DNA of 64,000 nucleotides from Selaginella moellendorffii. Lineage: Eukaryota > Plantae > Lycopodiophyta. Position 1 is the first letter of the stretch. Each line of letters starts with the position of its first letter. The notes under the pieces are model-generated. The model did no database searches and was not told where the DNA came from. It worked only from the letters and a program-made list of their open reading frames with translations. The DNA is taken from the NCBI RefSeq assembly GCF_000143415.4, contig NW_003314381.1, positions 298,811 through 362,810 on the forward strand, in the 5' to 3' direction. Shown one piece after another: positions 36,301 to 49,249 of this stretch. The translations under genes were made by a program, and so were the position numbers.

Positions 36301-39300
36301 GCTGGCATAACCAACCTTGGTTATGCCCTTTGATTCCTATGGTTCGATTCTATCCCCTTACTTCTTGCTTTTTGGCTTCACACCTTTCCTTTGGTCATTC
36401 TCCTCCAGACTAGGAGGATAGCTTTGCACTTTCTATCTTGCTTTAGCAAGTATTCTTAGGGATGAACCTACCCAATAGCCTAGGGAGTGGTTCCTCAATC
36501 CGGGTATGCTCACCTTATAATCCCACACACTGGGATTACATTGTTGCTTATGGGCCTTTACATGCCCATCACTAGCCTTGCCAAAATTCCATTTTTGGCT
36601 TTGTCCAACTCGGGTAGACAGTCCTCTCTTGTCTCCGCAACCTTGGACATTTGGATAGCACCTTCTATCCATCATTCGCTAGGGACTTAGTCCCTTGGGC
36701 TTTATCCATTGCCCTCGCAACATCAAACACCACCTTCTGGTGTTCTAGAGTGTCCGGGTGTCCCAATGATGGCTTTCTCGACAATGAGTATTTCCTTTTA
36801 TGACATTGACTTACTATATCGCAACACAAGCAACTTATCCCCCGTAAGGGTATATCCAACTTCCCTATGCTATTAAGAAGTCTTGGGTAGCTACCTTCTA
36901 CCCGTTTAACCAGTTATTTTGCACCTCTTGCTTAGTTGCCTCATAGTTGTCAAGTCCTACAACTCATTGCTGGGTGCTTTCACACCTCCATCATTATCTG
37001 GGTCACCACACTCCAACTGCATGCTCTGCAACTTAGGCTATGCTATTCCCATTTCCATTGGGATTCCTTTGGCAAGGGGTTCTCATGAACCCACCAACAT
37101 AGCCTCAAGGTATCACACCTTGGCACATTTGGTGTCTCCACACCATCGGCTCCACGAGCCTACCTCTATGACATTTCCCCTTCGTGTTTAAGTCTTTGCC
37201 AAGACCAACACCGCTCTTTCTTATGCCAACCATCCGTTAGCACTGCACCATAGAGGTCACACACAACTTTATGTCAAAGTTGTTTTCTTCTGGGAACACC
37301 TTTCCCATAACTTTAGCATGGCACATTCTACCATTGATGAGATACCCTCTGTTCTCATCCTTGGATCCTATGATCCCCCCCCATCCTTTGTGAGGTACAA
37401 CACACCTCAGTCCAAATGCTTCCATCAGTCCTTTTAGGACCATCCATTGACTCTACTTGAGTCATCCAGCAGTTTTGGACTTGGTTAATCCACAGACCCG
37501 TAAGGTCCTACTTGTGAGGCACTGGCTCACTGGAATACTCTTCTTGCATTCCTGTCCTACTCAAAAGGACTATTTTCACAAGTGTTACTCCGACACTTGA
37601 TTTTGTTCTCTGGGGGCAACCTTTGCCCCTTAGGACTACTTGTCCATGTGATGAGAACACCAACTCATCCACTTAATACACCCCCAACTCCTTGGGTTGT
37701 TCCAGCATTTATTAGAGGTAGCCCCGGCTACCTTTTCAAGGGCTTGAGTCCTCTTCCGTATTTGACCTCCCACGGTCATTACTTCTGGTCTCACATTCAT
37801 GAGCACCAACCTCAACTATATGAGGAAAATCTTGTGACTCCTTTATTGCTTTGGAGTCTTTATCTTTCCCGTGATCCCAACTGTAGTTGTTCACCACAAC
37901 TACATTAGCCAGTTTGCTAAGTCAAACGCTCATCTGGATCACATCCTCAACTCTTTGAGGAAAACCATATACTGTTCCCAAGATCCCAAAGTCGTTCCAT
38001 TATTGGGCCTTTTCTATCCACCACCTCGTCTACAAGTTCACACATGAACTGTAATGGAGAGCCATGTCTTCCCGACTTGCTACTCCTCAAGGATAGGCCC
38101 ACTCCTCAGACCTTCCGATGCCAACACTAGTGGTGATATACTTGAGCACCAATAAAAGTCGGACTAAGGAACAGCTCCGATACCAAGTTGTAAGCGACTA
38201 AATTTTCCATTCTACTTTAGTCACTTAACCACACCTTCGACCACTTGGAGGAGTCTTATTCACAACCTCCATCAGTCCAATTCAGGACTTGGGACTTGCT
38301 AGCCCCAAGAATGGCATCCCTGCCACTCAACACTTGCACCTGGTCCAAGTGCTCCACATGTCCGGTCCCAAGACCGACACCCAAAGGTACCACTGACATC
38401 TCGGCCCGTTACGCTAAGGCCAGGCCCATTCACCTTTGCTGCACTAGTGGTCCAATACCACTTGCATCACCACCTCGTCTCTCCAAGACTGGGCCATGTG
38501 TCCACGAGTGGTCATCCTAGATCCACTCCTTAGCATCCTTAGGATGCCCACAGACCTGGGGAATCGCCTTCCCCAAAGTCCCTTTGTCAGTTCCTACCAA
38601 GTCCCTTTCTGCCCCTGGCCGTGTTTGCCAACACTGCCACTGGATCGAGGCCCACAGGCCCGACCACTAAGTCCCACGGTCCTCTGGGACTTCCTCACCA
38701 CATGACTGTGTCCTTGGTCACTACCCCAGAGGACTGCTCCTCTTCCTTTCCACAGTTTGGGCCTTTGGGACAACATTTCGGAACACCGTGGCCTTACGCG
38801 AGCCACCTGGGTACTCTCCCCACCTATCGCCTTTAGGTGCTCTAGCCATGGGCTTAGAGCGAGGTTCCGTTGAGCCACGCCTGGTATCCAAGTAGGTAGT
38901 GCCACCCACACTTGGACTGGGAGCATCGGCCAGTCGATCTCCCGGGGGAACTAGAGCCGGCTCTTGAACACTTCACCAAGCTACCCCGCTTGTCGGTCCG
39001 TATTCACTCTAGTCTTGGACTTCCCAATGGTCAGTTCATCACCCAACACTGGGTCTGGCCTTCCTGGGCCAAACTGGCCTTTCCTGGCCAAACTGGCTCC
39101 ACTGCAGTCCTCCCCCTACTATACTTTTGGAGCTCACCAAACCCCCCAGGGTCTGGGAGACGAACGCTTTGGGCTTTCACCCTCTCAGGCTCCGGACTCG
39201 GACTCGGACTCGGACTCGGACTCGGACTCGGACTCGGACTCGGACTCGGATTCGGACTCGGACTCGGGCTCGGGCTCGGTCTCGGCCTCGGCCTCGGTCT

Positions 39301-42300
39301 CGGTCTCGGTCCCGATCTCGGTCTCGGTCTCGGTCTCGGTCCCGGTCTCGGTCCCGGTCTCGGACTCCATCTCGGACTCCATCTCGGACTCCATCTCGGA
39401 CTCCATCTCGGGTCCATCTCGGACTCCATCTCGGACTCTATTTCGGGTCCATCTCGGGTCCACCTCGGACTCCATCTCGGACTCCATCTCGGACTCCATC
39501 TCGGGTCCATCTCGGACTCCACTTCGGACTCCAACTCGGGTCCATCTCGGGTCCACCTCGGACTCCATCTCGGACTCCATCTCGGACTCCACTTTGGACT
39601 CCAACTCGGGTCCATCTCGGGTCCACCTCGGACTCCACTTCGGACTCCATCTCGGACTCCATCTCGGGTCCATCTCGGACTCCATTTCGGACTCCAACTT
39701 GGGTCCATCTCGGGTCCACCTCGGACTCCACTTCGGACTCCATCTCGGACTCCATCTCGGGTCCATCTCGGACTCCATTTCGGACTCCAACTTGGGTCCA
39801 TCTCGGACTCCACTTCGGACACCAACTCGAGTCCATCTCGGACACTCCCACGTGTCATGTGTTGGTCCTTTTGGGTCCCTTTTTGGAGCCTCGCCTTTTG
39901 CTCGCTTCGTGCTCATTCCTCGAGCACTTCGTTGGGAGTTCCACTCCCGCTCTTGACTTTTCAAGTCGGAGCTTTTGGTCCAAACGTGTTACGCTCGTTT
40001 GGCTCTCGCTTTGGCCACTACCACGTGGCACCCTTCCAGCTCCACTTTGGGGCCTAGGGATTTTGTGTCTCACACTTAGGCTATGCCATTCCCATTTCCA
40101 TTGGGATTCCTTTGGCAAGGGGTTCTCATGAACCCACCAACATAGCCTCAAGGTATCACACCTTGGCACATTTGGTGTCTCCACACCATCGGCTCCACGA
40201 GCCTACCTCTATGACATTTCCCCTTTGTGTCTATGTCTTTGCCAAGACCAACACCGCTCTTTCTCATGCCAACCATCCATTAGCACTGCCCTATAGAGGT
40301 CACACACAACTTTATGTCAAAGTTGTTTTCTTCTGGGAACACCTTTCCCATAACTTTAGCATGGCATATTTTGCCATCGATGAGATACCTTCTGTTCTCA
40401 TCCTTGGATCCTATGATCCCCCCTCATCCTTTGTGGGGTACAACAGACCTCAGTCCAAATGCTTCCATCAGTCCTTTTAGGACCATCCCTTGATTCTACT
40501 TGAGTCCTCCAGCAGTTTTGGACTTGGTTAATCCACGGACCCGTAAGGTCCTACTTGTGAGGCACTAGCTCACTGGAATACACTTCTTGCATTCCTGTCC
40601 TACTCAAAAGGACTATTTTCACAAGCGTTACTCCGACACTTGATTTTGTTCTCTAGGGGCAACTTTTGCCCCTTAGGACTACTTGTCCATGCGATGAGAA
40701 TACCACTCATCTCTAAGTACACCCCCCAACTCCTTGGGTTGTTCCAGCATTTATTAAAGGTAGCCCCGGCTACCATTTCAAGGACTTGAGTCCTCTTCCG
40801 TATTTGACCTTCCACGGTCATTACCTTTGGTCTCGCATTCATGAGCACCAACCTCAACTATATGAGGATAATCTTGTGACTCCTTTATTGTTTTGGAGTC
40901 TCTATCTTTCCCGTGATCCCAACTTTAGTTGTTTACCACAACAACCTTAGCCAAATTGTTGAGACAAATGCTCATCCGGATCACATCCTCAACTCAATGA
41001 GGAAAACCTTGCACTGTTCCCAAGATCCCAAAGTCGTTCCATTATTGGCCCTTTTCTATCCACCACCTCGTCTACAAGTTCACACATGAACTGTAATGGA
41101 GAGCCATGTCTTCCCGACTTGCTACTCCTCAAGGATAGGCCCACTCCTCGGACCTTCCGATGCCAACACTAGTGGTGATATACTTGAGCACCAATAAAAG
41201 TCGGACTAAGGAACAGCTCCGATACCAAATTGTAAGCGACTAAATTTTCCATTCTACTTTAGTCACTTAACCACACCTTCGACCACTTGGAGGAGTCTCA
41301 CTCACAACCTCCTTAGCCCAATTCAGGACTTGGGACTTGCTAGCCCCGAGAATGGCATCCTTGCCACTCAACACTTGCACATGGTCCAAGTGCTCCACGT
41401 GTCTGGTCCCAAGACCGACACCCAAAGGTACCACTGACATCTCGGCCCGTTACGCTAAGGCCAGGCCCATTCACCTTTGCTGCACTAGTGGTCCAATACC
41501 ACTTGCATCACCACCTCGTCTCTCCAAGACTGGGCCATGTGTCCACGAGTGGTCATCCTAGATCCACTCCTTAGCATCCTTAGGATGCCCACAGACCTGG
41601 GGAATCGCCTTCCCCAAAGTCCCTTTGTCAGTTCCTACCAAGTCCCTTTCTGCCCCTGGCTGTGTTTGCCAACACTGCCACTGGATCGAGGCCCACAGGC
41701 CTGACCACTAAGTCCCATGGTCCTTTGGGACTTCCTCACCACACGACTGTGTCCTTGGTCACTACCCCAGAGGACTGCTCCTCTTCCTTTCCACAGTCTA
41801 GGCCTTTGGGACAACATTTCGGAACACCGTGGCCTTACGCGAGCCACCTGGGTACTCTCCCCGCCTTTCGCCTTTAGGTGCTCTAGCCATGGGCTTAGAG
41901 CGAGGTTCCGTTGAGCCACACCTGGTATCCAAGTAGGTAGTGCCACCCACACTTGGACTGGGAGCATCGGCCAGTCGATCTCCCGGGGGAACTAGAGCCG
42001 GCTCTTGAACACTTCACCAAGCTACCCCGCTTGTCGGTCCGTGTTCACTCTAGTCTTGGACTTCCCAGTGGGCAGCTCATCACCCAACACTGGGTCCGGC
42101 CTTCCTGGGCCAAACTGGCCTTTCCTGGCCAAACTGGCTCCACTACAGTCCTCCCCCTGCTATACTTTTGGGGCTCACCAAACCCCCCAGGGTCTGGGAG
42201 ACGAACGCTTTGGGCTTTCACCCTCTCAGGCTCCGGACTCGGACTCGGACTCGGACTCGGACTCGGACTCGGATTCGGAATCGGACTCGGGCTCGGGCTC

Positions 42301-42985
42301 GGTCTCGGTCTCAGTCCCGATCTCGGTCTCGGTCTCGGTCTCGGTCCCGGTCTCGGTCCCGGTCTCGGTCTCGACTTCGGACTCCATCTCGGACTCCATC
42401 TCGGGTCCATCTCGGACTCCATCTCGGACTCCATCTCGGGTCCATCTCGGACTCCATCTCGGACTCCATGTCGGGTCCATCTCGGGTCCACCTCGGACTC
42501 CATCTCGGACTCCATCTCGGGTCCATCTCGGACTCCACTTCGGACTCCAACTCGGGTCCATCTCGGGTCCACCTCGGACTCCATCTCGGACTCCATCTCG
42601 GACTCCACTTCGGACTCCAACTCGGGTCCATCTTGGGTCCACCTCGGACTCCACTTCGGACTCCAACTCGGGTCCATCTCGGACTCCACTTCGGACTCCA
42701 ACTCGAGTCCATCTCGGACTCCACTTCGGACTCCAACTCGAGTCCATCTCGGACACTCCCACGTGTCATGTGTTGGTCCTTTTGGGTCCCTTTTTGGAGC
42801 CTCGCCTTTTGCTCGCTTCGTGCTCGTTCCTCGAGCACTTCGTTGGGAGTTCCACTCCCGCTCTTGACTTTTCAAGTCGGAGCTTTTGGTCCAAACGTGT
42901 TACGCTCGTTTGGCTCTCGCTTCGGCCACTACCATGTGGCGCCCTTCCGGCTCCACTTTGGGGCCTAGGGATTTTGTGTCTCACT
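27350..42985 (-). mobile_element. E3: same family, inverted, inserted in the E2 interior; contains E4
   Basis: 3' LTR 27350-29134, 5' LTR 41231-42985. TSD GGAGG (27345-27349, 42986-42990). PBS 41216-41227. The equivalent empty site is visible in E1 near 18915. Confidence 0.95.
32035..40074 (-). mobile_element. E4: same family, inserted in the E3 interior
   Basis: 3' LTR 32035-34088, 5' LTR 38189-40074. TSD CTTAG (32030-32034, 40075-40079). PBS 38174-38185. Confidence 0.95.
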
Positions 42986-45900
42986 GGAGGCCTTAGCAAG
43001 CTAAAGGACAGAGTTCCTTCAAAGTTCCCAAAGACGATTCTAGGTAGCTTAGTACCTAGAAAGGCCAAGTGTAAATGGTTCATGGAACGTGCGAAATTAG
43101 AGTGGCACAACAGAAGTGTGGTCTTGAAGCTTGCCATGAGGCAAGGCTATCAAGGTTAGGGAAGTAGTTCCCGAGTGTTCAAAGAAAGGGCTTTGAACAA
43201 AAGTTGATGGTCAAGGACTTTCACGCTTATGCAGGAACCATGTTACAGTGGTCGGAGGACTTGCCAAGCGAGAGTGGCAAGTCGGGGGAACAAATACCCT
43301 AGTTGAAGGTGCTAACTTCAAAAAGGGTGGGCCATGGGGCCAAGCATGGAGGAGTCCATGCCTGATCACAAACTTGTCAAGTGAGAGGACTTGGCAGTGT
43401 GGAGGAATTAAGTTCCTAAGTTGTGATCTGTAGCGTGCTTTGAGTATAAGTTGGTGCACCGGCGTGGAGGGTCACGCCAGGCATCCTAAGTGATGCTGTT
43501 CGTAGATGCATATACGGAAGTTGGGTTCGAGTCCCGACCCTCTAGTGCTTGGGTTCGAGTCCCAAATCACTAGGGCGTGGTGATGGTTTGGAATATGAGG
43601 ACAATCATATTTCGGTGGTCATGGACTCTCAATGAGGAGATTGGCGTGGGCACACCGCCAAGCAGGGGATGCCCCGGAGTCATGATGCACAGTTAGATTG
43701 CTTAGAGAGAAAGCTCAGCATATCTAACTTGAACACTTTGGTGCAAAGGGCACCAAGGACGTGGTGAATGAGATGGGGACACCCAGTCTCAGTCGCTATG
43801 GATCCTTGGCCGGAAGGGCTGGCTTGGGCATACTGCCAAGTGTGGGGGATGCCCCTGGGGTCATAGTCAACAACATAGAAGGGTCTAGAAGACCTAGTTC
43901 CTATTAGTAGATATATTAAGGGGTCAAGGTGAGATCACTAGATGATTTTGTGGCTAAACAAGGACAAGGTCTTTATTTGGGTTAAAGAATATGATTCCTA
44001 GTTCAAAGTGTTGATTTGAACTATTGATAATGGTGTGGCTTGGTCAAGGTGACTAAGTGAGAAGAACACCTAAGGGAAATGAGCTATGTCAATGTTGTGG
44101 CATAATAAGTCCGAGGAAAGTAGTCTCTATAAGAAATCCAAGGGAGGGTCTCAAAAGTTGGGCTGTGGATAAAGCCCACAACCGAAAATGTTAAAGAGAC
44201 GTACTAAGGGTGAACACCCTCTGGAGTTGGCAAAACAAAGTGTTTGCTATGGAACTGAAAGGAAACCTCAAAAATGGAGGTAGCAATCCTATGTTGCTGG
44301 GTGCAACAATCAAGGATAGGAGCAAAAGACTAGTGGCTAAGAAAAGAGCCATGGGAATCATAGGAAAGAATCCAAATGGCAAAGTTAAGCCGAGAACACT
44401 AATGTGTTGGGTGCTAACGGATTGTGGGAAAGGCAAATGTTTCCCCAAGGGGGGATTCTCAACTGCTCCAATTTGGCAAAAGTGGATGCTCTAAAGGGGG
44501 GAGTGGTAAGGTAGCCAAATAATAGGGCTATGGGCAGCCCTATCACCAATTATGATAACTGGAACTTAGTGCCAAAGGTGGCACGATATCGGAGAGAGGA
44601 TGATGGTACCCTCAAGTAAAGAACTTCCTAGGATAGGGAAGTGGAGTTGCACCATATGCAACATAAGGTGTCAGAGACACCTAGGAAATTGACTCTGAGA
44701 AGTCAAAATTAAAAGTTCCAAAGTGCAAAGGTTATGTCAATGGAATCTGAGACTACTCGAGAATGACTAGTGGAATTGAGTTAGAGAGGGAGTCTCTAAC
44801 GAGTTTAGCGAGAACTGAACCAATAAAAGGGAGCAAACCATCCCAGGTGGTCGAATGAGTCTCTATGTTGGAGAGACTATGCTCCTTAGAGGATGGACAA
44901 GGCATGGTGAGCCTTTAATGTCAAACCATAGACAAATATTGGCTGGGTGCCAAGGATGGAACTGGTAATACATGCGGGTGTTACTTTATAAAAGGGTTTA
45001 CCGTTCAATGAGGACATCGAACTTCTCTATGGGTGGTGGAGTTGTGAGACACAAAATCCCTAGGCCCCAAAGTGGAGCCGGAAAGGGTGCCACGTGGTAC
45101 TGGCCGAAGCAAAAGCCAAACGAGCGTAACACGTTTGGCCTAAAAGCTTCGACTTGGAAGGTCGAGAGCAGGAGTGGAACTCCCAACAAAGTGCTTGAGG
45201 AGCGAGCACGAGGCAACCAATAAGCAAGGCTCCAAAAAGGGACCCAAAAAGGACCAACATATGACACGTGGAAGTGTCTGAGATGGATCCGAGATGGACC
45301 CGAGACGGAGTCCGAAATGGAGTCTGAGACGGAGTCCGAGATGGAGTCCAAGACGGAGTCCGAGATGGAGTCCAAGACGGAGTCCAAGATGGATCCGAGA
45401 TGGACCCGAGACGGAGTCCGAAATGGAGTCCGAGACGAAGTCTGAGATGGATTCCGAGACGGAGTCCAAGATGGACCCGAGATGAAGTCCAAGATGGACC
45501 CGAGATGAAGTCCGAGATGGAGTCCGAGATGGAGTTCGAGATGGACCCGAGATGGAGTCCGAGATGGACCGAGACGGAGTCCGAGATAGACCCGAGATGG
45601 AGTCCGAGATGGACTCGAGATGGAGTCCGAGATGGACCGAGACAGAGTCTGAGATGGAGTTCGAAAAGGACCCGAGATGGAGTCCGAGGTCGAGACTGAG
45701 ACTGGGACCGAGATCGAGACCGAGACCAAGACCGGGACCGAGACCGAGACCAAGGCCAAGGCCGAGACTGAGCCCGAGCCCGAGTCCGAGTCTGAGTCCG
45801 AGTCCGAGTTAGAGTCTGAGTCCGAGTCCGAGTCCGAGTCCGAGTTAGAGTTAGAGTTAGAGTTAGAGTCCGAGTCCAAGTCCGAGTTCGAGTCCGAGTT

Positions 45901-46907
45901 CGAGTCTGAGAGAGTGAAAGCCCAAAGCATTCGTCTCCCAGACCCTGAGGGGTTTGGTGAGCTCCAAAAGTATAGTAAGGGGGAGGACTACAGTGGAGCT
46001 AGTTTGGCCAAGAAAGGCTAGTTTGGCCCAGGAAGGCCAGACCCAGTGTTGGGTGATGAACTGACCACTGGGAAGTCCAAGACTAGAGTGAATACAGACC
46101 GACAAGTGAGGTAGCTTGGTGAAGTGTTCAAGAGCCGGCTCTAGTTCCCCCGAGAGATCGACTGGCCGATGCTCCCAGTCCAAGTGTGGGTGGCACTACC
46201 TACTTGGATACCAGGCGTGGCTCAATGGAACCTCGCTCTAAGCCCATGGCTAGAGCACCTAAAGGCGGAAGGTGGGGAGAGTACCCACAGGGCTCGCGTA
46301 GGCCCACGGTGTTCCGAAATGTTGTCCCGGAGTCTCAAATGGGGGAAAGGAGGAGGAGCAGTCCTCTAGTGTAGTGACTAAGGATACAGTCACATGGTGA
46401 GGAAGTCCCAAAGGACCATGGGACTTAGTGGTTGGGCCTGTGGGCCTTGATCTAGTGGCAGTGTTGGCGAACATGGCCATGGACAAAAAAGGGACTTGGT
46501 AGGAACTGACAAAGGGATATTTGGGAAGGCTATTCCCCATGTTTGTGGGCATCCTAAGGATGCTAAGGAGTGGATCTGGGATGACCACTCGTGGACGGAT
46601 GGCCCAGTCTTGGAGAGACAAGATTGTGATGCAAGTGGTATTGGACCACTAGTGCGGCAAAGGTGATTGGGCATGGCCTTAGCGTAACAGGCTGCTATGT
46701 CAGTGGCACCTTTGAGTGTTGGTCATGGGATCGGACACGTGGAGCACTTGGACCAGGTGCAAGGGTTGAGTGGCATGGATGCCATTCTTGGGGCTAGCAA
46801 GTCCCAAGTCCTGAATTGGACTTATGGAGGTTGTGAATGAGACTCCTCCAAGTGGTCAGAGGTGTGGTTAAGTGACTAAAGTAGAATGGAAAATTTAGTC
46901 GCTTACA

Positions 46908-47760
46908 GCTTGGTGAACCAATGACTTCGCCCCAGACGATCCAAAAGATCAGCAGTGTGAGGAAGAGGGTACACATCCGGGATCATTACGTCGTTTAACG
47001 GATGATAGTTGATATAAAAACGAATACACCCATCATGCTTCGTCACAAGATGAGGTTCACATGCCCAAGGACTCCGTGACTTCCGAATAACACCCTTCTC
47101 CAACATCTCCTTGACATTTGCATGTAAAATCTTGATCTCCTTTAGTGACCGATGACGAACAGGAACCTTGATTGGATGAGCATCCCCAATTGGAATCGGA
47201 TGACGTATGGCAATCTTGGCTCCAAACGATAGGTCAAAGTCAAAGAGATCAGAATACTCCTTCATGAGCCGGTCAGCTGCTGCAACACAAAGATCATTGG
47301 AGGGATCGGAAAAGGGAAGAGTAGAACAAGATGGAAACATAAGAGGAAAAAGTGGGGGAACAAAAGTAATGGAAGCAGAGGTAAAAGTAGAGGGACAAAG
47401 AGGTACGGAAGTGAGAGGAATGGATGAAACATAAAGAAGTATGAGACAAGGGGGAGAAGCCTCAAAGTCATACTTGGCATGATTGCGTTGCAACCAATCC
47501 ATACCAAGAATAAGGTCAAAAACTTGACTTGGCACCACCCGCAACGACTGCAACTCAAGCTCGAGATCGCCCACACGCACAACCAGGGTCTGCCTCATCC
47601 CGTGCACATGCATGTGTATGGCCGTTGCCATAAAGAATGAAAACTAGTTCCGCCGCACGACGCAAGTATAGATGACAACGTGTGGCAACAAGTCGAGCAA
47701 TAGAAGATAAACTCGAACCTATATCAACCAATCTTGTTATAAAGATGAGCTTGGAAAGTA
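46908..47760 (-). pseudogene. Outer gypsy pol: aspartic protease and RT N-terminus
   Basis: LVDIGSS (degenerate DTG), FDLILGMDWL, KEMLEKGVIRKSRSPWA, DVYPLP..DLLDRL. Confidence 0.9.
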
Positions 47761-47854
47761 AACACTGGATGAACTGGTGCCGAGTGAACCCCTTGATGAT
47801 ACTCCTGAAAGAAAGATGGAGGGGTCACTGATTTATTCGCGCAAGGTCTCTCCG

Positions 47855-48787
47855 TTACTCATGCGACTCCTCGTTTCCCGGATGCATCTTGGTGTCCAAA
47901 CCTTCCATTGCAGCAGCACCAACGGGATGTTGCTGATGCCAAGGTCTCCACCCAGAAAATGGAGGTCGCCAATCCGGAAAATGCCGAAAACGCCGATAAG
48001 TATGACCAACTTCATCACATGCCCAGCAGCGAACATCATGGCCACGACCACATCCTCGCCTTTGGCCTTGGACTCGAGCAGCAGCAGCATCAACCTCCAT
48101 TGGAACAAGACCATCACCCACAGAAAGTGGAGCTGAAGGACGTGCAGCGAGAAGTGGAAGAGGCGATGTCTCATAACGTTGTGCCAAGCAAAGAGCATCG
48201 TCAAGGGTGGCAGGAGCAAGTGCATGCACAAGTCCGACAAGATCTTGACGAAGTGCTGGCCACAACATTCCTAGCTTGATCCGTTCTGACATATTTGGCT
48301 CCACACGAAGCAAAAGACTTCGGAAATAAACACTAAATTGCATCACCGACTCAAATGGCCCTTGGCAAAAACAATGCAATTGTTAGAAGGCATCATCACA
48401 GTCGTCGGTGTGTCCGAAGGCACGTTTGAAGACGTCTGGGAGAACACTCCAATCCCCACGAGTGGCTGCGCTCAAACTATTGTACCACTGCAATGCCGTC
48501 CCTTGAAAACACGTGGGAAACTCACGCAAACGTCGATCATCATCCCAAGAATGATATGTGGCAATCACCGTGAAGTGATCGAACCAATGGTACACATCAT
48601 CCCCAAGATTCCCACGAAAGAACTTTAGCCGAACGCGAGGATTAGCACCAAGAGTAGGAGGAGTTGTACCATGTGCCGTGAACGCCACCATCAACTGAGT
48701 TTGGTTGTTCAGTTGCAAGCGCATAGCATCAAGCAATTGTACCAACTGCTGCTCCAGAGTCAAAGGAGGAGATTGCTGATCTGCCAT
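47855..48787 (-). pseudogene. Outer gypsy gag (in-frame stop at 48383-48385)
   Basis: Retrotransposon gag-like FRG..W..F..QGTALQWY, PMEVD and degenerate zinc knuckle CWACDEVGH. Confidence 0.88.
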
Positions 48788-49017
48788 GAAGACGAACAAA
48801 GAAAGAGCAAAAGAAGATAAATGACAAAAAGTTGAAAGGAAATAGTAGATTTAGACAATGCAAAAAGCTAGATCTAAACCAAAATCCTGAAAGGAAAGAA
48901 CAAAATAAAAGAAATGGAAAAAACTAGATCTAGACGATGCAAAAACTAGATCCAAACCAAAATCCCAAATCCAAGCACTCCCCAGGGACAATCAAAAGTG
49001 CCCTTCACCTCCACCAA

Positions 49018-49189
49018 TGTGAGTGCATGGAACATGGAAAGGGAATATAGAAATGTGCATATCAATTAGCCCAAAAACCCTAGCTATACAGGAGCGAGTG
49101 GTCCGGATTGAAACCAATCCGACGGCTACTAAAATCCCACAATGCTAATATTAATATATGGCATTGTAGCCATACATTTGGCCCTCACA
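49018..49189 (-). repeat. 5' LTR of outer gypsy element
   Basis: TGTGAG...CTCACA, adjacent to the PBS, flanked by TSD CCAT. Confidence 0.95.
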
Positions 49190-49249
49190 CCATCTGATTA
49201 ATTAAATTAATAAATAATAAATATTAAAATAAAAAATATTATTAAAAAT

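Larger units (their letters stand above)
23516..46907 (+). mobile_element. E2: older copy of the same LARD-like family, inserted in RT of the outer element; contains E3
   Basis: LTRs 23516-25353 and 45043-46907. TSD GCTTG (23511-23515, 46908-46912). PBS TGGTATTGGAGC (25357-25368). Excision restores RT WFTKLDLASGYWQV. Confidence 0.95.
13083..49189 (-). mobile_element. Outer Ty3/gypsy LTR retrotransposon (~4.98 kb once nested inserts are removed), decayed
   Basis: LTRs 49018-49189 (5') and 13083-13257 (3'), TGTGAG...CTCACA. 4-bp TSD CCAT (13079-13082, 49190-49193). PBS TGGTGGAGGTG (49006-49016), PPT GAGAGGAGGGGA (13261-13272). Domain order gag-PR-RT-RH-INT. Confidence 0.95.

Noticed and set aside
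15104-46907. Repeats as an assembly artefact
   Set aside because: Each copy has its own matching TSD and diagnostic variants, and excision restores the interrupted host sequence.
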